Assembly: GCF_004010195.1 (NCBI RefSeq)
Contig: NC_057755.1
Location: forward strand, 6,665,210 to 6,723,267
DNA length: 58,058 bases
Reading direction: 5' to 3'
Origin: Chiloscyllium plagiosum
Lineage: Eukaryota
In this document: in pieces, positions 1 through 12,576 of the stretch
Position numbering within the stretch: position 1 is the stretch's first letter
Layout of the letters: each line of letters begins with the position of its first letter
Made by a program: the position numbers and the translations under genes
Notes under the pieces: generated by a model
Database searches by the model: none
Told to the model about the DNA's origin: nothing
Seen by the model: only the letters and a program-made list of their open reading frames with translations

Positions 1-3000
1 ATTGGTGCAGTGTGGTGCTGAAAGGGAGAATTGTGGCAGTGTGGCATCAAACAGGAGAATTAGTGCAGTGTAGTACTAAAAGGAGAATTCGGTTCAGTGC
101 AGCATAAAATAGGAGAATTGATGCAGTGTAGTAATAAAACAGAGAATTGGGGCATCTTGGCACTTCTCGGGAGAATTTTGCCAGTGTATCACTAAGTTGT
201 AGAAATGCAGCAGTGTAGTACTAAATGGGGCAAATGGTACAGTGTCGCAATAAATGGCAGAATTCGTGCAAAGTTGCATAATTGGGAGAAGTGGTGAAGT
301 GTAGTGGTAAAAGGGAGAATACATGCAGTGCAGCACTGAATAGCAGAGTTGGTGCATTGTAGCACTCAATGGGAGAATTGGAGCAGTGTAGTCCTAACCG
401 GGAGATTGGTGCAGTGTAGCATTAAATTGGAGATTTAGTGCAGTGCAGCAATAAATTGAAGAATTGGTTCAGTCCGGTGGTAAATGGGAGAATTGGGGCA
501 GTGTAGCACTGAATAGCAGAATTGCCGCATTGTAGCACTAAATCGGAGAATTGCTGCAGTGTAGCACTAAATGCGAGAATTGACGCAGTGTGCCAGTAAA
601 TGAGAGAATTGGTGCAGTGTAGCACAAAATGGGAAAATTAAAGCAGTGTATCAGTAAATGACTGTGATTTAGGCCAGTGTATTATTAAAAGGGAGAACTT
701 AGGTCGTGCAGCACTACATGGGAGAATTGAGGTATCGTTGCAATAAATGCAACAATTGGCACATTGCAGCAATAATTGGGAGAAGTGAAGCAGAGTGACA
801 CTAAATGGGAGAATTTGTGCAGTGCGTCACTAAAGGAGAGAATTGAAGCAGTGTATCATTAAATTACACAATTGGTGCAAGTCGGCTCTAAATTGGTGCT
901 GTTTCACATTATATTGGAGAAGTGGCGCAGTGTAGTACTAAATAGGAGAATTGGTGCAGTGCAGCACTAAATGAGAGAATTGATGCAGTACAGCACTAAT
1001 TGGGAGAATTTAGTGTAGCACTAAATGGGAATATAGTACTAAATGGGAGAACTGAAGATGTGTATTACTGAACAGAATAATTGCTGCAGTGTAGCACTAA
1101 ATGGAAAAAATGGTGCAGTGTTATATTAAATGGAAGAACTTTTGCAGTATTGCACTAAATGGGAGAATGAGGACAGCGTAGTACTAAATGGGAGAATTGA
1201 TGCAATGTAGCACGAAATGGGAGAATTTAGTAGCACTAAATGGGACAATTGGTGCTGTGTAGAATTAAATAGGAGATTTTGTGAATTTTGGTTTAAAAAG
1301 GAGAATTGGGAGAAGTGTGGCACGAAATGGGCGGATTGGTGCAGATTAGCACGAAATGGGAGAATTGTGTCATTGAAGCATGAACGAGGAGAATTGGATC
1401 AGTACAGTACGAAATGGTCAAATTGGTACAGTGCAGAACTAAATGGGAGAATTAGTGCAGTGTGACAATAAATGGGAGAATCAGTGCATTGTAGCTGTAC
1501 ATGGGAGAACTGGGGCAATGTAGCGCTAAATGGGAGTATTGGTATAATGTAGTACTAAACAGTAGAATTTATGCAGTGTAGTTTTAAACAGAAAAAAATG
1601 GTGCAGTGTAGTACGAAATGGGAGAATTAGTGCAGTGCGGCACTAAATGAGAGAATTGAAGCAGTTAGTATTAAACAGGAGTATTGCTGCAGTGTTCTAC
1701 TAATGGGAGAATTTATTCATGTCAGACGAAATGGGAAAACTAGGACAATGTAATACGAAATGTGAGAATTGGGCTGTGGCGTATTAAATAGCAGAATTGA
1801 TGCAATGTAGCAACAAGTCAAATGGTAGGGCATTAATAAATGGGAGAAATGGTGTCAGGGAATCAATGTGAGAGAATTGGTGGGCATCAGTAATTGGGAG
1901 ATTTGGTACACTATGCGATTACATTAGAAAATTAGTGAGGATTGTCAATGCATTAAAGAATTGTATTAGATCAGTCCTTATTAGTAGAATACTGGCTGGG
2001 AATCACATAAAAAAACAGAAATGTTGCAAGTATCAGTAAATTAGAGGTTTGGTTCAGCTCATCACGAATGAGAAAGCAAGTGTATTAGGGGACAACTAAA
2101 TGGGGGTATTAATACAGGGCACCAACAATTGGAGAATTTGTGTCAATTAGAGAATAGGTACACGAAGTGGTAGACCTGGGGTAGGACTATACTCAATTGG
2201 AGATTTGCCATCCAAAAGAAGGTTTGTGCCAGATTGGTATTTGGGAGAATTGTTGTAGGGAAGTGGGGTCCTAATTTGGAGAATCGTTGCAGGGACAACA
2301 AAATTAAAGAGCTGCACAGTGGACATATATCAGAGAATTGGGATACAACACCATTAAATCAGAGATATAGGTTATGTCACTCCTAAATGGGACAATTAGG
2401 CGAGGGCATCAGTAAATATCGGATTTGATGCAGGACAACAATGAGAAGAGAACTTGGTCAGGACATTAGCAAAGGGGAGAATTGGGCAAGACAATAATTC
2501 ATAGGAGATTGGGTGCAGTTCACGACTAAAGGGAGGATTTGTGCAGGATTGGTAATTTTGAGATTTCATGTACGGCCCGGCCATTTTAGATAATTCTGGT
2601 AGCGGACAACTAAATGGGAGAATTGTTGCAAGGAAATGTTAAATGGAAGAACTGGTGGACAGTGGAAGTTAATGCGAGAACTGTGGCATGGCACATCTAA
2701 ATGAGAAAAGTAGAGTAGGGCACCTCTAAATGGTAGAATTGAGCTAGGGCATCAGCAAATGGAAGAATTAGCATCAGGGTTTAAGTAAATGGCAGAATTG
2801 GTCGACATTAGTAAATGGGAGTTTGGTGCACAGTGCCGTTACATTGTAAAACTTGTGGCAGTGCCAAAAAATTAGAGAATTTGAGCAGAGAGGGTATAAA
2901 TGAGAGCAGCAATCACAAAAGGAGAAATGCTGCACGTATCAGTAAAATGGAAATTCAATTCTGCGCACGACAAAATGAAAACAAAATTGAGTATGGAAAC

Positions 3001-3460
3001 AATACATGGAACAGATGCACTAGAGAAAAGACAAATGAGCATCGATAATTGGAGAATTCATGCCGGTGTCACTGAATATGAGAATTGGTGCAGGGTGCCA
3101 CTAAGTGGGAGAACTGGGGCAGGATAATACGCAATGGGAGAGATGGTGCAGTTCCAGGATTTGTGCAGGACTGGTAAATTGGATAATTGGTGAAGAGCAG
3201 CAGAGCCCTAAATAGAGTCATACAATCACAGAGATGTACATGATGGAAACTTAAAAATTCTGTCAATGGACCAATAAATGGGAGAACAATTGCAAGGAAC
3301 TATGACATGGAAGAATTCAGCCAGGTCACGCCTGAATGGGAGAATTTAGAACAGCACATAAGATAATGGAAGAACTGGTGCAGTGTAGAAGTAAATGGGA
3401 GAATTGGGGTAGGACAGCACTGGATGGGAGAATTAGAATAGGGCACCACAAAATGGGACA
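1..3460. repeat. Diverged 29-bp tandem satellite, consensus ~GGGAGAATTGGTGCAGTGTAGCACTAAAT
   Basis: 29-bp periodicity is directly visible (units start at 1, 30, 59...). The part from ~1820 to 3460 is a more decayed variant. Confidence 0.95.
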
Positions 3461-3469
3461 ATTGGGCTC

Positions 3470-3975
3470 GGGCACTCTGTCAGTTCTCAGACAATGTTGC
3501 AGCACTGGCTGCGACGTCACTGCCTCACAACTGAACCTCAAACAGCAAGACACTTCTTCACTTCTGACCCTCTGACAAGGAAGGACTACCTCAGTTCTCA
3601 ACCTCTGACAGTGCTTTAACACCACAGTACTGATCCTCTAATTGTGCAGCACCCCCTCAATTCTGACCCCATTACAAAGAGGCACTGGCTGAATATTGAC
3701 CATCTGTTACTGATGCACTCCCTCCGTGTCTGAGTGTAATGAGGTCAGAATTGATGGCCGCTACATGATTAGAGGGTGAGGACACAGACAGTATCGAGGC
3801 ACTGTCAGACGATTAGTACTGAGCGAGTACTTCCTTTACTGAGGGTTGGAAATGAGGGAGTGCGTTATTTTCAGAGTTTCTGTCTGGCTCTGGAGATTTA
3901 AAGGAGATACCCATGATACAGGTATTGCAGCTCTGTCATAGTCTTAGTACTTAGGGAGTACTTGAATATCAGTTC
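3470..3975. repeat. Degenerate ~32-bp minisatellite (CTGACCCTCTGACAGTGCAGCACTCCCTCAGT-like), in two blocks of opposite orientation
   Basis: ctgaccctctgaca/cctcagttct motifs at ~3470-3725, and reverse-type motifs (cactgtcaga, gtactgaggg, gagggagtgc) at ~3770-3975. Confidence 0.6.
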
Positions 3976-3989
3976 TAAGTCATTGCCTC

Positions 3990-4125
3990 TTTAATAGAAT
4001 CCCTACTTTGGGGAAACAGACCAAAGGGGTTCTCGTGCTGTATACTTCTATGACTCTTTGACTGCATGATTAATATGGATGAGTTGGACCTAAGGGTCTT
4101 TTTTCCATGCTATACATCTCTATAT
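3990..4125. mobile_element. Cluster of short CR1/SINE 3'-tail remnants
   Basis: gtgctgtatacttctatgactct and gagttggacctaagggtc...ccatgctatacatctcta resemble the CR1 3' ends at ~11040-11097. Confidence 0.5.
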
Positions 4126-7100
4126 CAGTGACTGATTATATCTCTTCACTCCACCCAAATCCTAACACTACTGCCCCGACATCTCAATCTCTGGGGACAT
4201 GGGCTATATCCTCAGTCCCCGGGATAGCAGGGTTCAGATACAGATCTGTGTCTCCCCGAGTGCTGGGCGTTGGTCGCTGTGCGCTGGGTGCTATGTACTG
4301 GATGTTGGGTGGTGCGAGCTGAGCGCTGGATGCTGGACGCTAGATTCTAGGTGCTGGGTGCTGGTTGTTGTGTGATCGGTGCTGGGGCCTGTGTTTGGGC
4401 ACAATTGACTGACTGCAATTGGCACTGAGAAGACGACATCGTAGAACTGACCAGCTGGAAGGTGCTCAATTCCCTTCCATTCATATGTGGGTGGTCTGGG
4501 GACAACCACGTGCCGGAGAGGGAGTAGGTGGATGTGGGCATGTGCCGACTGCCTTGGCAGCTGTCAGTCCACAAACACCTACCAACACCCTGGACCGCTT
4601 TCCCCCCACCCTACCCTGAGTTTCTGAGAGGGTCCAGCCAAGACTGCCAACTGGGGGTTGGGCACAAAGGTTATGCTGCTGATGCCACCTGACAGATGAT
4701 TAGTGCAGACACGATGCTGCCAGTTCCTCAAAAAGGGCAGACAGGTGGGATCCGCTGGGGACAGGTTCATGGTGTTCTGAGCCGGCTCTGAGGGGACAGT
4801 GTTTACCACAATAAACCAGATGGAGTGTGATGAATTGTACTCGACTAATGCACAATCAGAGAACGCAGTATCGTACTAGTCTCCTGAACAGAGCGCACTA
4901 TATTGCATTGGTGTTATGCACAATCACAGCACACTGTATCGTACTGGTCTACTGAACATTCAGAGCACTCTGTATAATACTGGTCTGCTGCACGGCATAT
5001 GCTGTATTGTACTGGTCTATTGGACAATCAAGCACTCAGTATCATATTGGTGTACTGCATAATCAGAGTACGTAATATCATACTGGTCTACTGCACAGAG
5101 TACACTGTATCATACTGGTCTACTCACAGAGTACGCTATATTTTACTGGTCTGTTACACAATCAGAGAACACTTTCTCCTACTGGTCCACTGCACAATCA
5201 GAACACGACGTATTCTACTGGTCTACTGCACAGAGTGCACTGTATTGTACTGTTCTACTGCACAGAGCGTACAGTATCGTATTGGTCGACTGCAGAGGAC
5301 ATGTTCTCCTACTGTTGTACTACATAATCAGAGCATGCTGTATCATACTGGTCTACTGAACAAAGTGCGTTCCATCGTACTGGTTTACTGCATGGAGAGC
5401 GCTATATCATACAGGTCTACTGTATAATCAGAGCACACAATATCGTATTGGTCTTCTCTAATAATCAGAGCACACTGTCATACCGGTCTACTGCACAGAG
5501 CAAGCTGTATGATACTGGTCTACTGAACAATCAGAGCACAATGTATCCTACTGATCTACTGCACAATCAGAGCAAGCATTATCATACCTATCTCCAAAAC
5601 AATCAGAGCATGCTGCATCGTACTGGTCTACTGCACAATCATAGTGTGCTAATTGTATTGGTCTACTGCACAAACAGAGCACACTGCATCTTCTGGTCTA
5701 CTGCACAAAGCATGCTGTATTGTACTGGTCTACTGCACAGAGGATGCTGTATTGCACTGGTCGACCTCACACAGCATGCTGTATCGTACTGGTCTACTGC
5801 AAATCAGAGCATGCTGTATCATGCTCGTCTACTAAAGAATCAGAGCACACTGTTGCAAACTGGTCTACTGCACAGTAGGAATACGCTGTATTGTACTTGC
5901 GTACTGAACAAAGAGAACACGCAGTATTGCATTGGTCTACTGCAGAAGCAGAAGACACTGTATAATGGCATGCTATATCGTGTTGGTCCACTGTACAATC
6001 AAAATATATTGTATCGTACTGGTCTGCACAATCTATGCACAATCAGAGCATGTTGTATTGTACTTGGCTACTGCACAATCAGAGCATGCTGTACTGTACT
6101 GGTCTGCTGTACTGTCCTGGTCTGCTGCACGATCAGAGCATTTTGTGTCGTACTGGTATACTGCACAATCAGGGCATGCTGTATCGTACTAGTTGACTGC
6201 ATACTCAGAGCACGCTGCATCGTAGTGATCTATTGCACAATCAGAGCACGCTGCTTCACACTGGTCTACCGCACAGAGCATGCTGTATCGTACTGGTCTA
6301 CTGCACAATCAGAGCACGCTATTTCGTACTGGTCTACTGCACAAGCGCGGCATGCTGTATCGTACTGGTCTACTGCACAATCAGAATGTGCTGTACCATA
6401 CTGGTCTTCTGCACAGTCAGATCGCACTGTATTGCACTGATCTCCTGCGCAATCAGAACGTGCTGAATCATATTGATCTACCACACGCTAAGAGCACGAT
6501 GTATCACAACGATCTATGGCACAATCAGAACAAGTTGTATCGTACTGATTTACTACACAGAGCAAGCTGTATGATACTGGTCTACTGCACGATCAGAGCG
6601 CGCTGTTTCAAACTGATCCACTGCACAATCAGGTCATGCTGTATCGTACTGGTCAACTGCATAATTAGCGCATGCTGATTCATACCGGTCTATGGCACAA
6701 TCAGAGCACGCATTATCGTACCTTTCTCCTAAACAATCAGAGCATGCTGCATCATACTGGTCTACTGCGCAATCAAAGTGTGCTGATTGTATTGGTCTAC
6801 TGCACAAACAGAGCACACTGCATCTACTGGTCTACAACACAAAGCATGCTGCATTGTACTGGTCTACTGCACAGAGCAGAATGTATTGTACTGGTCTACT
6901 GCACAGAGGACGCTGTTTTTCACTGGTCGACCTCACACAGCATGCTGCATCATACTGATTGACTGCAAATCAGAGCATGCTGTATCATATTCGTCTACTA
7001 AATAATCAGAGCACACTGTCACAAACTGGTCTGCTGCACCGTCAGAACACGTTGTATTGTACTTGTATACTGAACAAAGAGAACACACTGTATCGTATTG

Positions 7101-10100
7101 GTGTCCTGCAGAAGCAGAGGAAAATGTATAACTCTGGTCTACTGCACAATCAGAGTACATTTTATCGTGCTGGTCTACTGGACAATCTAAACATATTGTA
7201 TCGTCTTGGTCTATGCAAAATCAGAGCATGTTATATTGTACTTGTCTACTGCACAATCAGTGTATGCTGTATTGTACTGGCCTACTGCACATTCAGAGCA
7301 TGTTGCATCGTACTAGTCGACTGCACAATCAGAGCATGCTGCATTGTACTGATCTACTGCACAATCAGAGCACGCTGTTTCATACTGGTCTAATGCACAG
7401 TCAGTGCACACTATGTCGTACTGGTCTACCACACAATCACAGCTCGCTGTATTGTACTGATCTACTGCACAGAATGTGCTGTATCGTGCTACACCATCAG
7501 AACACACTGTTTCGAACTGGTCGACTGCGCATGGCACACTGTATCGTACAAGTTTAGTGCACAATCAGAGCGTGTTGTATGATACTGGTCTGCTGCACAA
7601 TCAGTAGGTGCTGTATCATACTCGTGTACTATACAGTCAGACCGCCATGTATCACACTGATCTACTGCACAATCGTAGTGGTCTATGGCACAGTCATAGC
7701 GTGATGTATCACACTGATCTACTACACAATGAGAACGTGCTGTATCATAGTGGTCTACAGCACACTCATAGCACGACGTATCACACTGATCTACTGCACA
7801 ATCAGAACACGCTGTATCGTACTGGTCTACTGCACAGAACAAGCTGTATGATGCCGGTCTACTGCACATTCAGAACACGCTGTATCATACCATTCTACGG
7901 CACAATCAGTGCATGCTGTATTGTACGTGTCTACTGCACAATCAGGGCATGCGATAACGTACTGATCTACTGCATAATCAGAGCACGCTGTTCCATACTG
8001 GTCTACTGTACAATCAGAGCACTCTGTTTCAGACTGGTCTACTGCACAATCAGGGCATGCCGTATCGTACTGGTCTATTGCACAATCAGAGCTCGCTTTA
8101 TTGTAGTGGTCTACTGCATAATCATGGCATGCTGTGTAGTACTGGTCTACTGCACAATCAGAGCGCGCTGTTTCGTGCTGAACTAGTGTACAATCAGAGC
8201 AGGTGTATCGTACTGGTCTACTGCACAATTAGGACATGCTGTATAGTACTGGTCTACTGCACAATCAGAGCACACCTTTTTGTACTGGTCTACTGCGCAA
8301 TCAGGGCATGCTGTATTGTACTAGTCTATGCACAACCAGAACTTGCTGTTTCCTACTGGTCCACTGCACAATCAGGGCATGCTGTACCGTACTGGTCTAC
8401 TGCTCAATTAGAGTACGCTGTATTGTACTGATCTGCTGCACAGAGTGTGCTGTATTGTGCTTCACCCTCAGAACACGCTGTCTCGAACTGGTCGACTGCA
8501 CAGGGCACGCTATATCTTACAAGCTTTCTGCTCAATCAGAACTCGCTGTATCGTATTTGTGTACTGCACAGAGTGCTATGTATCACACTGTTTATTGCTA
8601 AACTGGAGCACACTGTATCGTACTGGTCCATTGCACAGTCAGAGCGCAGTGTATTGCACTGTTCTACTGCACAATCAGAACGTGCTGCATCGTACTGGGC
8701 GACTGCACAGAGCAAGCTGTGTGACACTGGTCTACTGCACCGTTAGAACACGCTGTATCAGACCGTTCTACTGCACAATCAGAGCATGGTGTATCGTACT
8801 GGTGTACTGCACAATCTGCATACGCTGTATCGTACTGGTGTACTGCACAATCAGATCAAGCTTTATTGTGCTGGTCTACTGCACAGAGCACGCTGTATCG
8901 TACTGGTCTATTGCACAGAGCACACTTTATTGTACTGGTCTACTGCACAGAGTATGCTGTATTGTACTGGTCGACTGCAGAGAGTTTGCTGCATCGTACT
9001 GGTCTACTGCAAAGCAGAGCATGCTGCATTACACTCGTTGACTAAAGAATCCGAGCACTCTGTCGCAAACTGGTCCACAGCACAGTCAGAACACGCTGTA
9101 TTGTACTTGTGTACTGAACAAACAGAGCACGCTGTATCGTGCTGGTCTACTGTAGAAGCAGAGCACACTGTATAACACTGGTCTACTGCACATTCAAAGT
9201 ATGTTGTATCGTGTTGGTCTACTGCACATTCAGATCAAGCAGTATTGTAGTGGTCTACTGCACAATCAGATCACGCTGCATTTTACTTGCCTACTGCACA
9301 ATCAGCGCATGCTGCATTGTACTGGTCTACTGCACAACCAGAGCACATTGTATCGTACTGGTCTCCTGCACAATTCAGGCATGCTGTATCATACTGGTCT
9401 ACTGCACAATCAGAGCACGCAGTATCACACTTGTCTACTGCACAATCAGAGTATGTTGTATCGTACTGGTCTCCTGTACAATCAGGGCATGCTGTACCGT
9501 ACTGGTCTACTGTGCAGAGTATGTTGTATCGTGTTGGTCTACTGCAGAGAGTTTGCTGCATCGTACTGGTCTACTGCAAAGCAGAGCATGCTGTATTACA
9601 CTCGTTGACTAAAGAATCTGAGCACTCTGTCGCAAACTGGTCCACTGCACAGTCAGAACACGCTGTATTGTACTTGTGTACTGAACAAACAGAGCACGCT
9701 GTATCGTGCTGGTCTACTGTAGAAGCAGAGCACACTGTATAACACTGGTCTACTGCACATTCAAAGTAAGTTGTATCGTGTTGGTCTACTGCATATTCAG
9801 AGCAAGCTGTATTGTACTGGTCTACTGCACAATCAGATCACGCTGCATTTTACTTGTCTACTGCACAATCAGCGCATGCTGTATTGTACTGGTCTACTGC
9901 ACAACCAGAGCACATTGTATCGTACTGGTCTCCTGCACAATTAAGGCATGCTGTATCGTACTGGTCTACTGCACAATCAGAGCATGCTGTATCATACTGG
10001 TCTACTGCACAATCAATTTATGTTATATCGTACTGGTCTCCTGCACAATCAGGGCATGCTGTATCCTACTGGTCTACTGCACAGTCACCACTCTCTTTAT

Positions 10101-10654
10101 CACAATGGTCTACTGCAGAATTAGAGCATGCAGTATTGTACTGGTAGACCTCGCAATCAGATCACGCTGTATCGTGCTAGTCTTCCGCTCAATCAGAGCA
10201 TGCTGTACCCAGCTGGTCTGCTGCATAATCAGAGAAAACAATATCGTACTGGACTACGACACAATTAGAACATGCCATAACCTACTGGTCTACTGGACAC
10301 TTAGAGGATACTGTAGCGTACTGGTCTGCTGCACATTCATAGCACACTGTATCACAGTGGTCTTCTGCACAATCAGAGCACGCTGCATCATACTGGTCTA
10401 TTGCACACGCAGAGTGCAATACATAGTACTGGTGTTATGCATCATCAGAGCATACTGTATCGTACTGGTCTACTGCACAGAACAATTTGTATGATACTGG
10501 TCTGCTGAACAGAGTGCACTATACTGCATGGGAATTTGCGCAATTAGAGCACACTGTATGACACTGGTCTACTGCATAATCAGAGCATGGTGTATCATAC
10601 TGGTCGCCTGCACAGAGTGCACCACATTGTAATGGTGTTACACATAATCAGAGG

Positions 10655-11097
10655 ACAGGGAGAGGTTGAACAGGCAGGGCCTGTTTTCCCTGGAGCGTCG
10701 GAAGCTGAGGGGTGACCTTATAGTGGTTTACAAAATTATGAGGGGCATGGATAGGATACATAGACAAAGTCTTTTCCCTGGAGTCGGGGAGTCCAGAACT
10801 AGAGGGCATTGGTTTCAGGTGAGAGGGGAAAGATATAAAAGAGACCTAAGGGGCAACTCTTTCACACAGAGGGTGATATGTGTATGGAATGAGCTGCCAG
10901 AGGATGTGGTGGACACTGGTACAATTGCAACATTTAAGAGGCATTTGGATGGGTATATGAATAGGAAGGGTTTAGAGGGATATGGGCCGGGTGCTGGCAG
11001 GTGGGGCGAGAGTGGGTTGGGATATCTGGTCGGCATGGACGGGTTGGACCGAAGAGTCTGTTTCCATGCTGTACATCTCTATGACTCTATGACTCTA
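10655..11097 (+). mobile_element. 5'-truncated CR1 (HER1-like) LINE 3' end
   Basis: ORF2 C-terminus LFSLERRKLRGDLIVVYKIMRG...FTQRVICVWNELP...FKRHLD, followed by a (CTATGACT)n tail. Confidence 0.93.
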
Positions 11098-11195
11098 AGA
11101 AGGCAGCTCACCACCACCTTCTCGAGGACAATTATTGTGGTCAAGGTATACTGGCCCAGCCAGCAACACACACATCCCATGAATGAATAATAAAT
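11098..11195 (+). mobile_element. Old LINE/SINE 3'-end fragment
   Basis: aaggcagctcaccaccaccttctc...cacatcccatgaatgaataa, recognised as a common shark retroposon tail. A related decayed sequence lies on the minus strand near 39995-40330. Confidence 0.55.
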
Positions 11196-11891
11196 ATATA
11201 GATGGTGGAATCTAGCCCTCAGTCAGCTTGATTTATGAGGTGGTGACATTCCCCAGAACCGTCCGAGAGACCTTTTGTAGCTTCACTGCCATTGATCCTT
11301 CTTATCTTATTTGCCTAACCAATGGTTATTGAGTCAAGGAGGTTGACCACATGAAGAAGTGTGGAGTTGCACATCCTCCATGTGTGTGCGTCATTTTACT
11401 TCACGTTGTCCAGTTTCCTCCTACAGTCCAAAGATGTGCAGGTGAATTGGCTGTGAGACTCACAACATAGCTATTGATATAACAAGCGTGCACTGGCACA
11501 GGAAGTACAACTGCAGATACACCCAATGCTGTGCTCACATTGACTTGCATTTATGCTTTATGCTGTCATCAGTGAGCAATGAAACCAATTAATCAGGCCC
11601 CATGACAGGTCTGAAAAGGTTTTCATCTCCAATTTGATTTATGTCATAATAAAAATCTTCACACATTGGTAATGAAGCCATGCCTATAGTTGTCAAGCCT
11701 AGATGTAATATCAGCAGATATGGAGGAGATAAACAACTTGCTGCTCTTGGGATTTTTTGGCAGCCTAACAGGAGAATGTTTAAGAAGATAGAATTGATCA
11801 AAGGCTGAGAAGGCGCTCTCTCGCTCTCTCTCTCATCCCTCCCTCTGTCTCCAATTGGTTCATTTGAAAAGGGCCTTGTCACTGAAGGTAA

Positions 11892-12156
11892 AATAGACAA
11901 TAGACAATAGGTGCAGGAGCAGGCCATTCTGCTCTTCGAGCCTGCACCACCATTCAATATGATCATGGCTGATCATCCTTAATCAGTATCCTGTTGCTGC
12001 CTTATCTCCATAACCCTTGATTCCACTATCCTTGAGAGCTCTATCCAACTCTTTCTTAAATGAATCCAGAGACTGGGCCTCCACTGCCCTCTGGGGAAGA
12101 GCATTCCACACAGCCACCACTCTCTGGGTGAACAAGTTTCTCCTCATCTCTGTCCT
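11892..12156 (-). mobile_element. CR1 LINE 3' end, different subfamily
   Basis: Minus-strand RTEMRRNLFTQRVVAVWNALP...SFKKELD; tail appears as (TAGACAA)n on the + strand. Confidence 0.9.
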
Positions 12157-12576
12157 CTGGAGCGTCGGAGGCTGAGGGGTGATCTTATAGAGGTTTACAA
12201 AATTATGAGGGGCATGGATAGGATAAATAGGCAAAGTCTTTTCCCTGGGGTCGGGGAGTCCAGAACTAGAGGGCATAGGTTTAGGGTGAGAGGGGAAAGA
12301 TATATAAGAGACCTAAGGGGCAACTTTTTCACGCAGAGGGTGGTACGTATATGGAATGAGCTGCCAGAGAATGTGGTGGAGGCTGGTGCAATTGCAACAT
12401 TTAAGAGGCATTTGGATGGGTATATGAATAGGAAGGGTTTGGAGGGATATGGTCCGGGTGCTGGCAGGTGGGACTAGATTGGGTTGGGATATCTGGTGGG
12501 CCTGGATGGGTTGGACCGAAGGGTCAGTTTCCATGCTGTACATACATATGCCTCAATGACTCTATGACTCTATGAC
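12157..12576 (+). mobile_element. CR1 LINE 3' end, same subfamily as 10655-11097
   Basis: Closely similar to ~10690-11097; RGMDRINRQSLFP...WNELP; (CTATGACT)n tail. Confidence 0.93.
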
